DNA of 64,000 nt, taken from contig JBNZDD010013685.1 in assembly GCA_050575255.1 (NCBI GenBank), positions 5,141,517 to 5,205,516 on the forward strand, read 5' to 3'. Source of the stretch: Harriotta raleighana. Its lineage: Eukaryota. This document shows positions 12,611 through 24,917 of the stretch, one piece after another. A program made the translations under genes and the position numbers. How positions within the stretch are numbered: position 1 is the stretch's first letter; the number at the start of each line of letters is the position of its first letter. The notes below the pieces were generated by a model, which saw only the letters and a program-made list of their open reading frames with translations, was not told the origin of the DNA and did not search any database.

Positions 12611-15409
12611 CTGCATAGCTAGGATCATTTGTGTTTGAATGACCAAAGTACAGATAATTGTAATTCCTATGTGATTACAGAAGTCAAACAAAACAAGAGG
12701 CACATGGCGACTATCTAATGATAGCACAGTGTGAGAAAAGTGAAAATATTCCACTCCTGTATTTTTTCTAGATGTGGTGCAGAATTGTTTTTATTGCAGC
12801 AGGTTGAGGTCAGCTGGACACTCATATATGATCATTGAAACAGCCATTAAATCCTTCAGGTATGGAACACTGAAAAGCCAAAAGCCAGAGCAAACCCAAC
12901 CGCGACATGTATTCTTTTAACAGCATTTCTTGTTGGCTCTTACTGACCTGTGTGAAATTCTGCTTTTTTTCATTGCTCCATAGAGATTTCTGTAAAGCAA
13001 TCACAGAGCCAATGTAGTTAGGGTGTAAAACTGCACATTTCAAAGATAATGAAAAACATCAGCATACAGAACTTAGTTAAGTGTCTGGAAAATAGCAGCA
13101 CTGATCACCTATTATGAATGGGCAGAGAAACCAAATGTGAACTGCAGGGGGTTGTGGAAATTCCCTGTAACATAGCAAAACTTTACGTTCTGATTCTGTG
13201 AATTTGAAAGGTAAACAAGTTCTTGCTGCGAGCTATTCATTTCTCCAGTTAGAAATCAATGTTATCAACATAAAAGCAAACTAAGTAATTATTGGGTAAA
13301 TTCAAAGGTGCCTACTTGATAAAAACTAGAATTCTGCAGGATCTTTTAACATTAAGCAGCAAAGAACTCTTTCCAATTGCTACATATTTTTATTATAGTG
13401 ATTGGATATGGATACAAGTGGTCATATTCAGTAAAATGACATCTAAGTGTACATTGTAGCCTGCATAACTTCCAGGAACCTTGCAACTCATCCAAAACAT
13501 TTCACTTCTGGTTTGTGGAATATCAGCATAATCTCACCTATTTAAATTAAATTAATTTGGCATTGAAAGGTGCTCTATCAACATCAACAAACTACATTTG
13601 TATAGTGCCTTTCTCGTCGGGAGGACTTATGAATGTAAATTGTTGTCGTATTCCACAAACTGCTAAAATTTGAGGGGTGGCAGGAACAATAATGGCTTTG
13701 GCTCAGATCTCTCATAAAATATTGGACATTTAATAATCAAGAAATGTTTAATAAATAATATTTGAAAAAATTAATACTAAAACTAAATCACCAATGAAGA
13801 TCGCAATATTGAATGCCACTTATATTGTACTCTGTTGTTCTTCATGTGGCTTCATAATGATCAATTTAAGCTTTAAACAATTGTTTTTCATTTACAGAAA
13901 AACGCTCTTTAGAATCAGAACAGGGATAGACTATTTGACACTAGCTACACTTCACAAGATCCCATCAGGCAATCAATGGTCAATCATCACTTGAGATGTT
14001 TTCATATTTATCATTGGACGTCACTTCATACTGTTTTCACCTTTTCTGTTTCAAGGTGCATTTATCAGCATCAAAATCCATTCTTTAACGTATCAGGGTG
14101 AAAAATGTGATGCATGGTTCTACCACCAATACTTTTACCTCATGCTGCACTTTTCCACATCCGCTTTATCAGTTCAGATACCNGATGCATGGTTCTACCA
14201 CCAATAATTTTACCTCATGCTGCACTTTTCCACATCCGCTTTATCAGTTCAGATACCTTTGAATGTTTCATTTTCCTTTGTACTCGAACCTCAACAAATA
14301 TTATAATGTTATCATAGTAATCCATGCATAATCTTACGAAGTGTCATCTCCTGATCATCTTATAAATAGTGGGAACAGTGCACCCAGAACAGATCTCTGC
14401 AGAACTGCTGTTCCCTGCCCAACCGAGTCACGTATCACTACTTTCTTTTATATCCATTGAAACTAATTTGCTATTAATTGTAGGAGCCTTAATCCTCTCC
14501 TCAAATCTCATATTTGCAATTTGATCAAATCCCTCCTGAAATTAAAATAAATTATTTCAGTTTTCTGCCCTCATTCTCTGTAGTGCAATCCAGGAGTCTT
14601 TTCGACCTGCTATCTCTCTCTCCTTCCCTCACCACATACAAAGGTGATAATGTTTATCTTTCCCCTCCTCATCCTCTCTGGCTCCGAGCCCTCAGCTTGG
14701 GAGTCCAGCCAGCGGTGATAAACACTTTGAGGTTTGTCCCCCAATGTGAAAAACACTATATAAATGTAAATTATATTGTATTATATTCACTGGGTTGCTT
14801 TCCTCCACCAATTTCAATAACTCTGTAAAGAATTCAATCAGTTTAGTGAGGCATGACCCTATTGCTTTTAAATCCGCACTGAATACACTTTATGGTTTCC
14901 ACGCTTATTTGACAAACATTGATAGTATCTACTAAAAAGCTCTCCAGCAATTTCCCCACACACACAGATGTTAAGGTTAACTGGTCTCTAATTCCCTAGA
15001 TTCAAGTTTCACTCTTTTTGTTTAATATCAGAATAAGATTTGTGACCACCTCATCCTCGTGACAGCTCGTGACTTTATTGAACATCTGAAAATGTTGCAG
15101 GCGCTCACCTCATTGCCATTTAATTTCCTTATGAATTTATCCTATTTCTCCTTGGCATCCTGCAACATTTATTACTGTCTGTATCCACATGTACGGACCT
15201 ATCATGGTGTTTGTGTGTGTATATGTGTTTGTGGGCAATGTCAACGTAAGAACTGAAATGATTGTTTAGATATTTTGTTTGTAATATTATTTTGAAAATA
15301 TTAATGTGAAGAATTGGGAATGGAAGGGGAGAGTTAAATGATGTGGTTACACAGAGAGAAAGCCCTACACTCACAGCCAGGAAGCCAGTCCAGGCTTGAG
15401 TATTTGAAC

Positions 15410-15930
15410 AGCGCTACATAAATGCTCACCAGCCTCTCCAGCTCTGCCCTAACAAGCTGAACTATACAACCCTCAACTCATGTCTCTTCCATACCAGGCC
15501 CTATGAGCCTATCACCCACATCCTCAAGGCTCCATTGGTTCTCAGTCCCAAGTGGGTCAAAATTGAAGATGCTTATTATCACATTAAAATCCCTCAATGG
15601 CTTCTGCAGTCACGACCTCTGTGCTTTCCTGCAAACCCACCAACCTATCCTTCTTCCTTCCTCTGCTCAAAAAACACCAGGTTGTTGCATGCCCCTCCAC
15701 CCGAACATCAATGGGAGAGCTTTCAGCTATTCTGCCCCACTCTCTGGACCTTCAATTCAGATCCTCTGGCCTTCCCCACCTCCGGACACCACTACACACA
15801 CACACACACACACACACACATCCCTACCTCCCCGCTTTTAAAGCCAGCCTCAAGATCTTTGACTGCACTTTTGGCTTCCCTGCCTCTCCCACCAGTCAAC
15901 TGTGTGAAACTCTTTGAGGCATCCTCCTGA
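15410..15930 (+). mobile_element. L2 LINE 3' fragment containing a CA microsatellite
   Basis: ORF 15503 has RLHWF...KLKMLIITLKSLNG...GRAFSYSAP (L2 ORF2 C-terminus); tail GTGAAACTCTTTGAGGCATCCTCC. Confidence 0.8.
15794..15820. repeat. (AC)13 microsatellite
   Basis: Perfect AC run. Confidence 0.95.
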
Positions 15931-17135
15931 ATCTAAAAATCCCTAAGGGAGAAACATTTGGATTAGGAGGAGTGGTGTTCAGTCCAACAGTCCAAACCTG
16001 ACATTAAGGACATGTTTTAATTACACTCTATGCTGTTGTGAATACTGTATTATCATACCATAGACCTACTCTTCTTCCCCACCTATCTCTACCTAGTTAT
16101 TAAAATTATTGTTCTGGGTTTACTTTTAAATCTCATTTAAAATGTTGCAATTCTTTCGAAGGTTCCCTCTGAGCCTACACTATTGTCCAATTTTCACTGT
16201 GGGACATGAATGAAAGGAACTGCTTACATTCACACTGAGTAAAGCAGTTTAGTAAGCAAGTGGAGTACTGCATCTAAACACTCCTTAACATTCCTTAAGC
16301 ATTAACATTCTATACCTCCAGCAAGGTGAAACTGGTTAGAAACTTCATTTGCTAATTACTCCAATGGGAACTGGAGCTATTATTTCTGCAAGCAAAGAAA
16401 TAGCCAAGTAAAAACTGATCATCACAGCTGCTCATAAAATGCTCCATGCTAATTTCCATCCCAGTAGGTATTGTATTTGTTGGTGTCTCGTCAGTTCCTG
16501 TTAGTTTGAGGGCATTGGAGTAGTGACATTTCAAAGACGTAACAATATATCCTTCATGGTCACAGCCCTTCACGTTAGAGCAACTTCACTGCTGCTGAGC
16601 GCCTCTGATAACAAGGTGATCAAGTCAAACGTGGAATGTGGAGCTCAACAACCTGCCTTACTTCAGGGTTAACATTTCCAATTTGATATTTTCCATGTGG
16701 CTACTCCAAACACTGTTCTTTGGAGTACTTAATTTCATTCTGTTCTGTAATATTGAGTCAACTATTCATATTGTTGGATGTGAAAGAATTTAGGAAAGTT
16801 CTATTGCATCACAAACAATGAGCTGTCTAGCCACAGGTTTCCTGATACTCTAATGATCATCGGCAGCACATTAAGCTTCTTAAGATTGTATTGATTAGAA
16901 TTATTCAAGTACAAGTCTAATAAACATAACTGAGGTATATGAACTTGAGACTCCAAAGCAGATTGTGAAAGATATGATATATAAATGTAAATTATTGTTG
17001 CTTTTTCGGTAAATTTACCAACATTGTTCTACCGGCAACCTCTGATTTTCTGTTGGTTCTGTGAATTTACCTTGGCATTGATCTTATATATAATAGAGTA
17101 ATTGTGCACCATCAAGTTCAGTTACTTCATGGAAC

Positions 17136-17753
17136 AATAATAATAATCATAATCCTTGCATTTGAAAAAGCCTTTTTCACAAGTTCTAGAAGTCTCAAAG
17201 CGCTTCACAGAATATACTGTAAAGTGAATTGACTGTATATTTTGTGGGTGAAACGTGGCAGCCAATTGCACACAGCAGTGTCCCACAAACAGTTGTGGAT
17301 TGAAATGACCAATTTTATTTCTTTTGAGGAATTACTGTTAGGCGCGTGAAATAAGGAAACTCGGCCAAGGTTTTGTCCTGTCTGGAATTGAACCCAGGTC
17401 TCTCGCTTGCAAGTCGTCACTGAAGCAAGGAAGGTCATTGAGCCATTTCTAAAAATGCCCAGCTTCACGGGTATTTTCATCAAAAATCATACTGAAGGAG
17501 AGAAATCAGCTTCCTGCACACTCAAATACATTTAAATGGTGGTAAACCACCAATATCCCCTCATTCCTAAGTAATCAGCCTCTGCACCACTGCCGACTTT
17601 TGCTGTCTCATCAGTATCCTAAACAATGCATCCGAAAACCTTTCCAGCACCTTGGGATGTCCTCCTGATGTGAAAGGGGCTATACAAGTATAATTTTGTT
17701 GTTGTTTCTGCTGCTTCATCAAGTGCTCTAACCACTGAGTTACAGGACTCCCC
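17136..17753 (-). mobile_element. Full-length tRNA-derived SINE whose head is split by a 305-bp insertion (17417-17721)
   Basis: Tail, body and box B at 17136-17416; box A half AGTGCTCTAACCACTGAGTTACAGGACTCCCC at 17722-17753; compare the uninterrupted copy at 33468-33768. Confidence 0.85.
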
Positions 17754-17840
17754 TGTACAAGTGAAATAAGATGCATCCTCCTATGTACTAGGGCCAGTAA
17801 ATTTCTGTGCTGTACATTCCCCGTAAATCTATGTAACAGN

Positions 17841-18572
17841 CAACTTCACGTCAACAAGATGGAAGCCCTCTTGATTGGCTCACGCCAGCCCCTCTGCACC
17901 TCAGGCACTGACAACACCAGAGTCCAAAACTGCTCTGTCCACCTCTTGAAGCCAATCAGGAATCTGGGCATCTGGTTCGACCTCAAACTATTCTTCCTCC
18001 CCCACATCCACTCCATGACCGGCACAGCCTTCCACCATCTCCGCAACATTGCCAGACTCCGCCACTACCTCACCCCCCATGCTGCCAAAACCCTCATTCA
18101 TGCCTTTATCACTTTCAGGCTTGACTACAGGAACCCTCTTCTTGTCGGCCTTTCCAACTCCTCCCTTCACAGGCTGCAGATCGTTCAGAATTCTGCAGCT
18201 CATGTACTCTCCCGCACCAGGCTTCGTGACCACATCATTCCCAACCTCGCCCATCTCCACTGGCTCCCCATCCCCCAGAGAATTGAATTCACGATCCTCG
18301 TCCTCACTCTCAAGGCCATTCACGGCCTTGTCCTTGCCTATCTCTTTGACCTGCTCCACAGGCCTAATAATAATCCCCCCCCAAAAAAAACCACAATAAT
18401 GAAATTGGTCATTTCAATCTATGACTGTTTGTGGGACACTGCTGTGCGCAATTGGCTGCCGCGTTCCTCCCACAAATATACAGTCAATTCACTTTACAGT
18501 ATATTCTGTGAAGCGCTTTGGGACGTCGATAAGATGTGAAAAGCGCTATACCAAATGCAAGGATTATTATTA
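17841..18572 (+). mobile_element. L2 ORF2 C-terminal fragment fused directly to a headless SINE (deletion allele of 20253-22962)
   Basis: 17841-18355 matches 20253-20767; from 18356 it matches 22745 onward; 226-aa chimeric ORF at 17859-18539. Confidence 0.85.
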
Positions 18573-20018
18573 TGATAAGGCACTAAAGCAAATACAAGAA
18601 TTACTGTTATATTAACGGGATTGGAAACTGGATTAATACCTTAGCAAAAAACAAAATACGGGATTTGGGCAAAGAGATAAGGAAATAAGACAGACCGGAA
18701 TGGCAAAAGCTTTCTATCCTGAAAGGTCCTATGTTTTTCTTGATCTATTACTCATCTCCCAACAGAGCCCATGGATTCTTTTAACAGAGAATTAGGCAGA
18801 TGTTTGAAAGCAGGAATATTAGGAGCAAGCAGGAAATTATAAGTAGATTGTCTCATGTGGGCAAAAATTCAGCAACATTCTACAGGGTTAAATCTGCAGT
18901 GTTTAATGATGATTGATCTCATTGAATGTGTAATCAAACACTGAAAATTAGCTATTGTTTCCTATTGCTGGCTCCCTTGCTCCATCTGAATATACCCACA
19001 TCACGGTTTATCAAAAGCTGGATATAGAATTATAATAGTAATAGAAATAATAATCCTTGCAATTGACATATGCCTAATCAAGTCTCAAAGAGCTTCACAG
19101 AATATATTGTAAAGTGGAATGACTGCGTGTGAGAGATATTGGGATTGATGCCTGCATTCTTCAGGATGTTCCAAGAAAGTGGAACAACAGGACGTGGGTT
19201 TTGTTTCACGACAGGTACCACTAAGNGGACTCCCCTGTACAAGTGAAATAAGATGCATCCTCCTATGTACTAGGGCCAGTAAATTTCTGTGTTGTACATT
19301 CCCCGTAAATCTATGTAACAGTTACCCTGTTAGTGATCTTATAATTGGAATTTCCTAGTAAAATCGGGTTCCATTGATCAGAAAATCATCCCCAAATGAA
19401 CTCAAGTTCCTATTGTTCCAGATCTTGCGGAAAGTCTCTCTTCCTTATGTCAGGCAAGATGCTTTCAGCTGGCCCAGAGGAGCCACACATTGGGGTTAAT
19501 TTCATTGTACATGCTATATTCATCATATTAAATATATCCAGATGTTCATGAGGTAGGAGATTGTGGTTCTTGGCTTTTGACTGTGGTGAAGGAAATACGA
19601 GTCTCTTGTTTTCTAACAATGCCCAGCATCACAGGTATTTTCATCAAAAATCACATTGAAAGAGAGAAATTAGCTTCTTGCACACTCAAATATATTTAAA
19701 TGGTGGCAAACCACCAATTTCCCTTCATTCCTAAGTAATCAGCCTTTGCCCCTCTGCCGACTTCTGCTGCTTCATCAGTATCCTAAACAATGCATCCGAA
19801 AACCTTTTCAGTGCCTTGGGATGTCCTCCTGAACGTGAAAGGGGATATACAAGTGTAATTTTGTTGTTGCTGTTGTTTCTGCTGCTTCAGCAAGTCCCAA
19901 GAAGTTGTTCTCTGAGACTCTCCAATCTCCTCCCTGCTCCCATCCAACACTCTTCATCGCAAAATGGTTGCTATACCTGAACATACCCCTCTCCTCAAAG
20001 CACAAAGAAGGGATCAAT

Positions 20019-20222
20019 CTAGCTCAATTGGAAGCACTCTCATCATAAACATGTGGGTTTAAGCCCTACAAGGAGCTTTGAACTCATATGATCTATGTTG
20101 ATACTCCAGTGCAATGCTGGGTGTGTGCTGTATTGTTTGAGTTGCTGTCCTTTGGATAGTATGTTAAACTGAGGCCCCATCTGCCTGTTCAGGTGGACTG
20201 TAAAGATCCCATGGCATTATTT
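20019..20222 (+). mobile_element. Deu-domain SINE, 5' part (3' part resumes at 21141-21335)
   Basis: TAGCTCAATTGG box A; GTTAAACTGAGGCCCCATCTGCCTGTTCAGGTGGACTGTAAAGATCCCATGGCA is the Deu core. Confidence 0.8.
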
Positions 20223-21140
20223 CCTTCAGCTCCTTCCTATAGCTCCTTCCTACAACTTCACGTCAACAAGACGGAAGCCCTCTTGATTGGCTCACGCCAG
20301 CCCCTCTGCACCTCAGGCACTGACAACACCAGAGTCCAAAACTGCTCTGTCCACCTCTTGAAGCCAATCAGGAATCTGGGCATCTGGTTCGACCTCAAAC
20401 TATTCTTCCTCCCCCACATCCACTCCATGACCGGCACAGCCTTCCACCATCTCCGCAACATTGCCAGACTCCGCCACTACCTCACCCCCCATGCTGCCAA
20501 AACCCTCATTCATGCCTTTATCACTTTCAGGCTTGACTACAGGAACCCTCTTCTTGTCGGCCTTTCCAACTCCTCCCTTCACAGGCTGCAGATCGTTCAG
20601 AATTCTGCAGCTCATGTACTCTCCCGCACCAGGCTTCGTGACCACATCATTCCCAACCTCGCCCATCTCCACTGGCTCCCCATCCCCCAGAGAATTGAAT
20701 TCACGATCCTCGTCCTCACTCTCAAGGCCATTCACGGCCTTGTCCTTGCCTATCTCTTTGACCTGCTATCTCTCTATCAGCCTGCCCGCATCCTCCGTTC
20801 AGCAGAATCAGGCCTGCTCCGTGTCCACCGCCCTAACTGCCCAACCATCGGTGGCCGGGCTTTCAGCCTCTCTGCTCCCGCACTATGGAACTCCATCCTG
20901 CAGTCCCTCTGCCTTTCTTCTTCCCTTTCCTCCTTCAAGGCAGATCGCAAGATCTTACTCTTCGACCATGCCTTCGGCTGCCCCCCTAACTCTTCCCCCT
21001 CTCCCACTCTGCTTCCCCCTCCCCTAACCCCGATATGCCCCGTCCCCCCCACCCTGCTCGGGTCCCGACCTGACTGTTCAGCGCTTTAGGACGTCCTCCA
21101 GACATCAAAGGAGCGTTATAAGTGTAATTTTGTTGTTGTG
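20223..21140 (+). mobile_element. 5'-truncated L2 LINE with an uninterrupted ORF2 C-terminal frame
   Basis: [83 protein letters not shown]; stem-loop tail plus (GTT)n; flanked by TATTT direct repeats. Confidence 0.92.
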
Positions 21141-21861
21141 TATTTGAATGGAAACAAGAGTTGCCAATAAATAAAATTGGTTACTCTTCAATGCTGCCTG
21201 TGACATATTACTGTATACAAATTTACTGCTGCTACATTCACCTACAAAATACCCGATCAATAAATGCTGCGAAGTACAATAAGACACCCCCCTGACATGA
21301 AAGGCACGATATCAAATGCAAGCAATATTATTCTTATTCTTATGACACGTGTGATGGCGACTGTATTTGTGACCACATCAGCAGTTGAGTAGCTTCTCTT
21401 TTATCCAATTGACAAACTCTAGTCTGAGACTTCAAAACAGAAAAGTTATCAGCATAAAACAGCAACATTGTGATGTGCTTCTCCTCTCATTGAGAAACAT
21501 TCAACATACAACCTCACCTTCACATCCCACGTGTGACTTTGTTCTTCGCAGGTTATAAGGTTAGATTATTCGTTGAATAATTATGATGCTTAATGAATCG
21601 TCATAAATACCCTTAATAAAAGCACAGTGATAAATATGCATTTATGACGATAAGCTGATTAGTGCAAATAAACCTTTCAGGGTTGAATTAGTATTCCTTT
21701 ACAATTCCCCAAACAAAAACGGGGCAAACTAATAAAATACATGAATAAAAGACATGAAATGTCCATCCTTCCACTATATTGTAGGTATGTAGTAATTAAA
21801 CCATGCTAGTTTAAGTGTGCCAATTTGTCTTAATAAATTTCTGCATGAGCTTTCAAATAAA

Positions 21862-22200
21862 TAACAACAACAACTTCAATTTATATAGCGCCCTCCAAGC
21901 CGGACGGTGTCTCACAATAGCGGATGCCAGGACTGAGCCATGGGCAGGGGCAGAAAGGTGACCAAAAGTGTGGTTGAAGAAAAAGGTCTTCAGCTGTGAC
22001 CTGAAACTTGGAAGAGAGGGGGCGAGGCGAAGGGAGTGAGGAAAGGAGTTCCAGAGCCTTGGGCATAGTGGCTGAAGGCACGGCGCCGAGGGTGGGGCGG
22101 AGGATTCGGGGAACATGGAGGAGGCCAGACCCAGAGAAGCGAAGGCAGCGGGTGCTGGTTTGGGGGGAGAGGAGATCAGAGAGATAGGGGGGTGCAGAGG
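21862..22200 (-). mobile_element. L2 LINE 3' end (GGACGG-loop tail subfamily)
   Basis: (AAC)n tail, TATATAGCGCCCTCCAAGCCGGACGG; minus ORF PRLWNSFPHSLRLAPSLPSFRSQLKTFFF. Confidence 0.85.
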
Positions 22201-22439
22201 AGTGGAATAAAGGCTAGCATCAGCAGATGTATTAGCAATAGTACAGAAGTTAGGGTTGAAAGTTAATTATCTATTTAATCAGGTCACTAGAATCACATTG
22301 GTGCCACAGTATTGATCTATCCCTTTTTTGACTATTTGACTAAACACGAGGATCACTCTTTTCTTTTCCCTGTCTACATTGTAAATGCGGTAAACTTTCT
22401 CTACTCTAATCTTTCTATTTTTGGAGAAAATAATGGTTA

Positions 22440-22605
22440 CTCAATCCATTACTTTTTGTGGGATGCTGCTGTGTGCAATCGGCTTCCACATTTCAGCCAC
22501 AAAATACATTGTCAATCCAATATACAATACATTCTGTGAAGGGCTTTGAGACATTGATAAGATGTGAAAAGCGCTATATCAAATGCAAGGATTATTATTA
22601 TTATT
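22440..22605 (+). mobile_element. Headless copy of the young SINE
   Basis: TTTGTGGGATGCTGCTGTGTGCAATCGGCT...GATGTGAAAAGCGCTATATCAAATGCAAGG(ATT)n. Confidence 0.8.
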
Positions 22606-22640
22606 TTGTGAAGTGCTTTAAGATACCTCAATGACATGGT

Positions 22641-22962
22641 GGAGCTCCTGTGGCTTAGTGGTTAGAGCACTCGCTTTATCAAGCATGAGACCTGTGTTCG
22701 AATCCAGGCAGATCAGGGCGAAACCTTGGGCAAGTTTCCTTACTCCACATGCCTAATAATAATCCCCCCCCAAAAAAAACCACAATAATGAAATTGGTCA
22801 TTTCAATCTATGACTGTTTGTGGGACACTGCTGTGCGCAATTGGCTGCCGCGTTCCTCCCACAAATATACAGTCAATTCACTTTACAGTATATTCTGTGA
22901 AGCGCTTTGGGACGTCGATAAGATGTGAAAAGCGCTATACCAAATGCAAGGATTATTATTAT
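22641..22962 (+). mobile_element. Full-length tRNA-derived SINE (Pol III head, partial Deu domain, L2-type tail)
   Basis: Box A TGGCTTAGTGG 22651-22661; box B GTTCGAATCC 22696-22705; GTGGGACACTGCTGTGCGCAATTGGCTGCCGCGTT; tail (ATT)n. Confidence 0.9.
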
Positions 22963-24917
22963 GATAAGGCACTAAAGCAAATACAAGAATTACTGTTATA
23001 TTAACGGGATTGGAAACTGGATTAATACCTTAGCAAAAAACAAAATACGGGATTTGGGCAAAGAGATAAGGAAATAAGACAGACCGGAATGGCAAAAGCT
23101 TTCTATCCTGAAAGGTCCTATGTTTTTCTTGATCTATTACTCATCTCCCAACAGAGCCCATGGATTCTTTTAACAGAGAATTAGGCAGATGTTTGAAAGC
23201 AGGAATATTAGGAGCAAGCAGGAAATTATAAGTAGATTGTCTCATGTGGGCAAAAATTCAGCAACATTCTACAGGGTTAAATCTGCAGTGTTTAATGATG
23301 ATTGATCTCATTGAATGTGTAATCAAACACTGAAAATTAGCTATTGTTTCCTATTGCTGGCTCCCTTGCTCCATCTGAATATACCCACATCACGGTTTAT
23401 CAAAAGCTGGATATAGAATTATAATAGTAATAGAAATAATAATCCTTGCAATTGACATATGCCTAATCAAGTCTCAAAGAGCTTCACAGAATATATTGTA
23501 AAGTGGAATGACTGCGTGTGAGAGATATTGGGATTGATGCCTGCATTCTTCAGGATGTTCCAAGAAAGTGGAACAACAGGACGTGGGTTTTGTTTCACGA
23601 CAGGTACCACTAAGTTTTTTTTTATTCGGAGGATAATTAATGATAGGAATATTTTGTCGGGAAACGTAGTTGATTTAAAAAGCAAATGAAAGGTTTCTAT
23701 GATTACCAGGAAGCAAAGGTGGAGTTTATGATCTAGTGCAAAAAGTTTCAGGTGAGGAAAGCCATTTATTCCATTCGATCTTATCCCTCCAGAATTTCCA
23801 CCTACCATCTACCAGCTTCCCATTANGCCCAGCATCACAGGTATTTTCATCAAAAATCACATTGAAAGAGAGAAATTAGCTTCTTGCACACTCAAATATA
23901 TTTAAATGGTGGCAAACCACCAATTTCCCTTCATTCCTAAGTAATCAGCCTTTGCCCCTCTGCCGACTTCTGCTGCTTCANATTTAAAAAGCAAATGAAA
24001 GGTTTCTATGATTACCAGGAAGCAAAGGTGGAGTTTATGATCTAGTGCAAAAAGTTTCAGGTGAGGAAAGCCATTTATTCCATTCGATCTTATCCCTCCA
24101 GAATTTCCACCTACCATCTACCAGCTTCCCATTATGGCATCCAGCTGTTTTGTTGACTAAAATTAATTGGTGTCCTCTTTTGCTCCACTCAGTATAACCA
24201 ACCNAGCATCACAGGTATTTTCATCAAAAATCACATTGAAGGAGAGAAATTAGCTTCTTGCACACTCAAATATATTTAAATGGTGGCAAACCACCAATTT
24301 CCCCTCATTCCTAAGTAATCAGCCTTTGCCCCTCTGCCGACTTCTGCTGCTTCATCAGTANCTGGGTGGAAATGACTGTGTCGAGTCCCCCGGGGATTGA
24401 TGCTAATTATCACAATTACTATTGCATTTTCTCACAAATTTCTATAAGATGTGGAACTCAACACAATGNATCAGTATCCTAAACAATGCATCCGAAAACC
24501 TTTTCAGTGCCTTGGGATGTCCTCCTGAACGTGAAAGGGGATATACAAGTGTAATTTTGTTGTTGCTGTTGTTTCTGCTGCTTCAGCAAGTCCCAAGAAG
24601 TTGTTCTCTGAGACTCTCCAATCTCCTCCCTGCTCCCATCCAACACTCTTCATCGCAAAATGGTTGCTATACCTGAACATACCCCTCTCCTCAAAGCACA
24701 AAGAAGGGATCAATCTAGCTCAATTGGAAGCACTCTCATCATAAACATGTGGGTTTAAGCCCTACAAGGAGCTTTGAACTCATATGATCTATGTTGATAC
24801 TCCAGTGCAATGCTGGGTGTGTGCTGTATTGTTGAGTTGCTGTCCTTTGGATAGTATGTTAAACTGAGGCCCCATCTGCCTGTTCAGGTGGACTGTAAAG
24901 ATCCCATGGCATTATTT

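Noticed and set aside
12799-12858. Possible 60-bp exon (TTGCAG...CAG/GTATGG, reading RLRSAGHSYMIIETAIKSF)
   Set aside because: Plausible splice sites, but no recognisable protein and no partner exons; cannot be supported without RNA-seq or homology.
14109-14257. 74-bp tandem repeat
   Set aside because: The two copies straddle an 'n' and differ by one SNP, so this is an assembly overlap; the same applies at 2545, 33990, 39624, 50519, 51032 and 55561.
20193-21089. 298-aa ORF (and the 272-aa and 226-aa copies) as a host gene
   Set aside because: It is the L2 ORF2 C-terminus; the start lies in a SINE; there is no RT core or splice structure.
21564-21574. 11-mer GATTATTCGTT shared in reverse with 31446-31456
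   Set aside because: The match does not extend, and many 11-mer coincidences are expected in 64 kb.
22641-22712. tRNA gene (also at 27323 and 33700-33768)
   Set aside because: No proper acceptor stem or terminator; it runs straight into the SINE body and tail.
23827-24468. CRISPR-like or programmed repeat-spacer array
   Set aside because: The segments are n-separated copies of flanking sequence, i.e. scaffolding scraps in a vertebrate genome.
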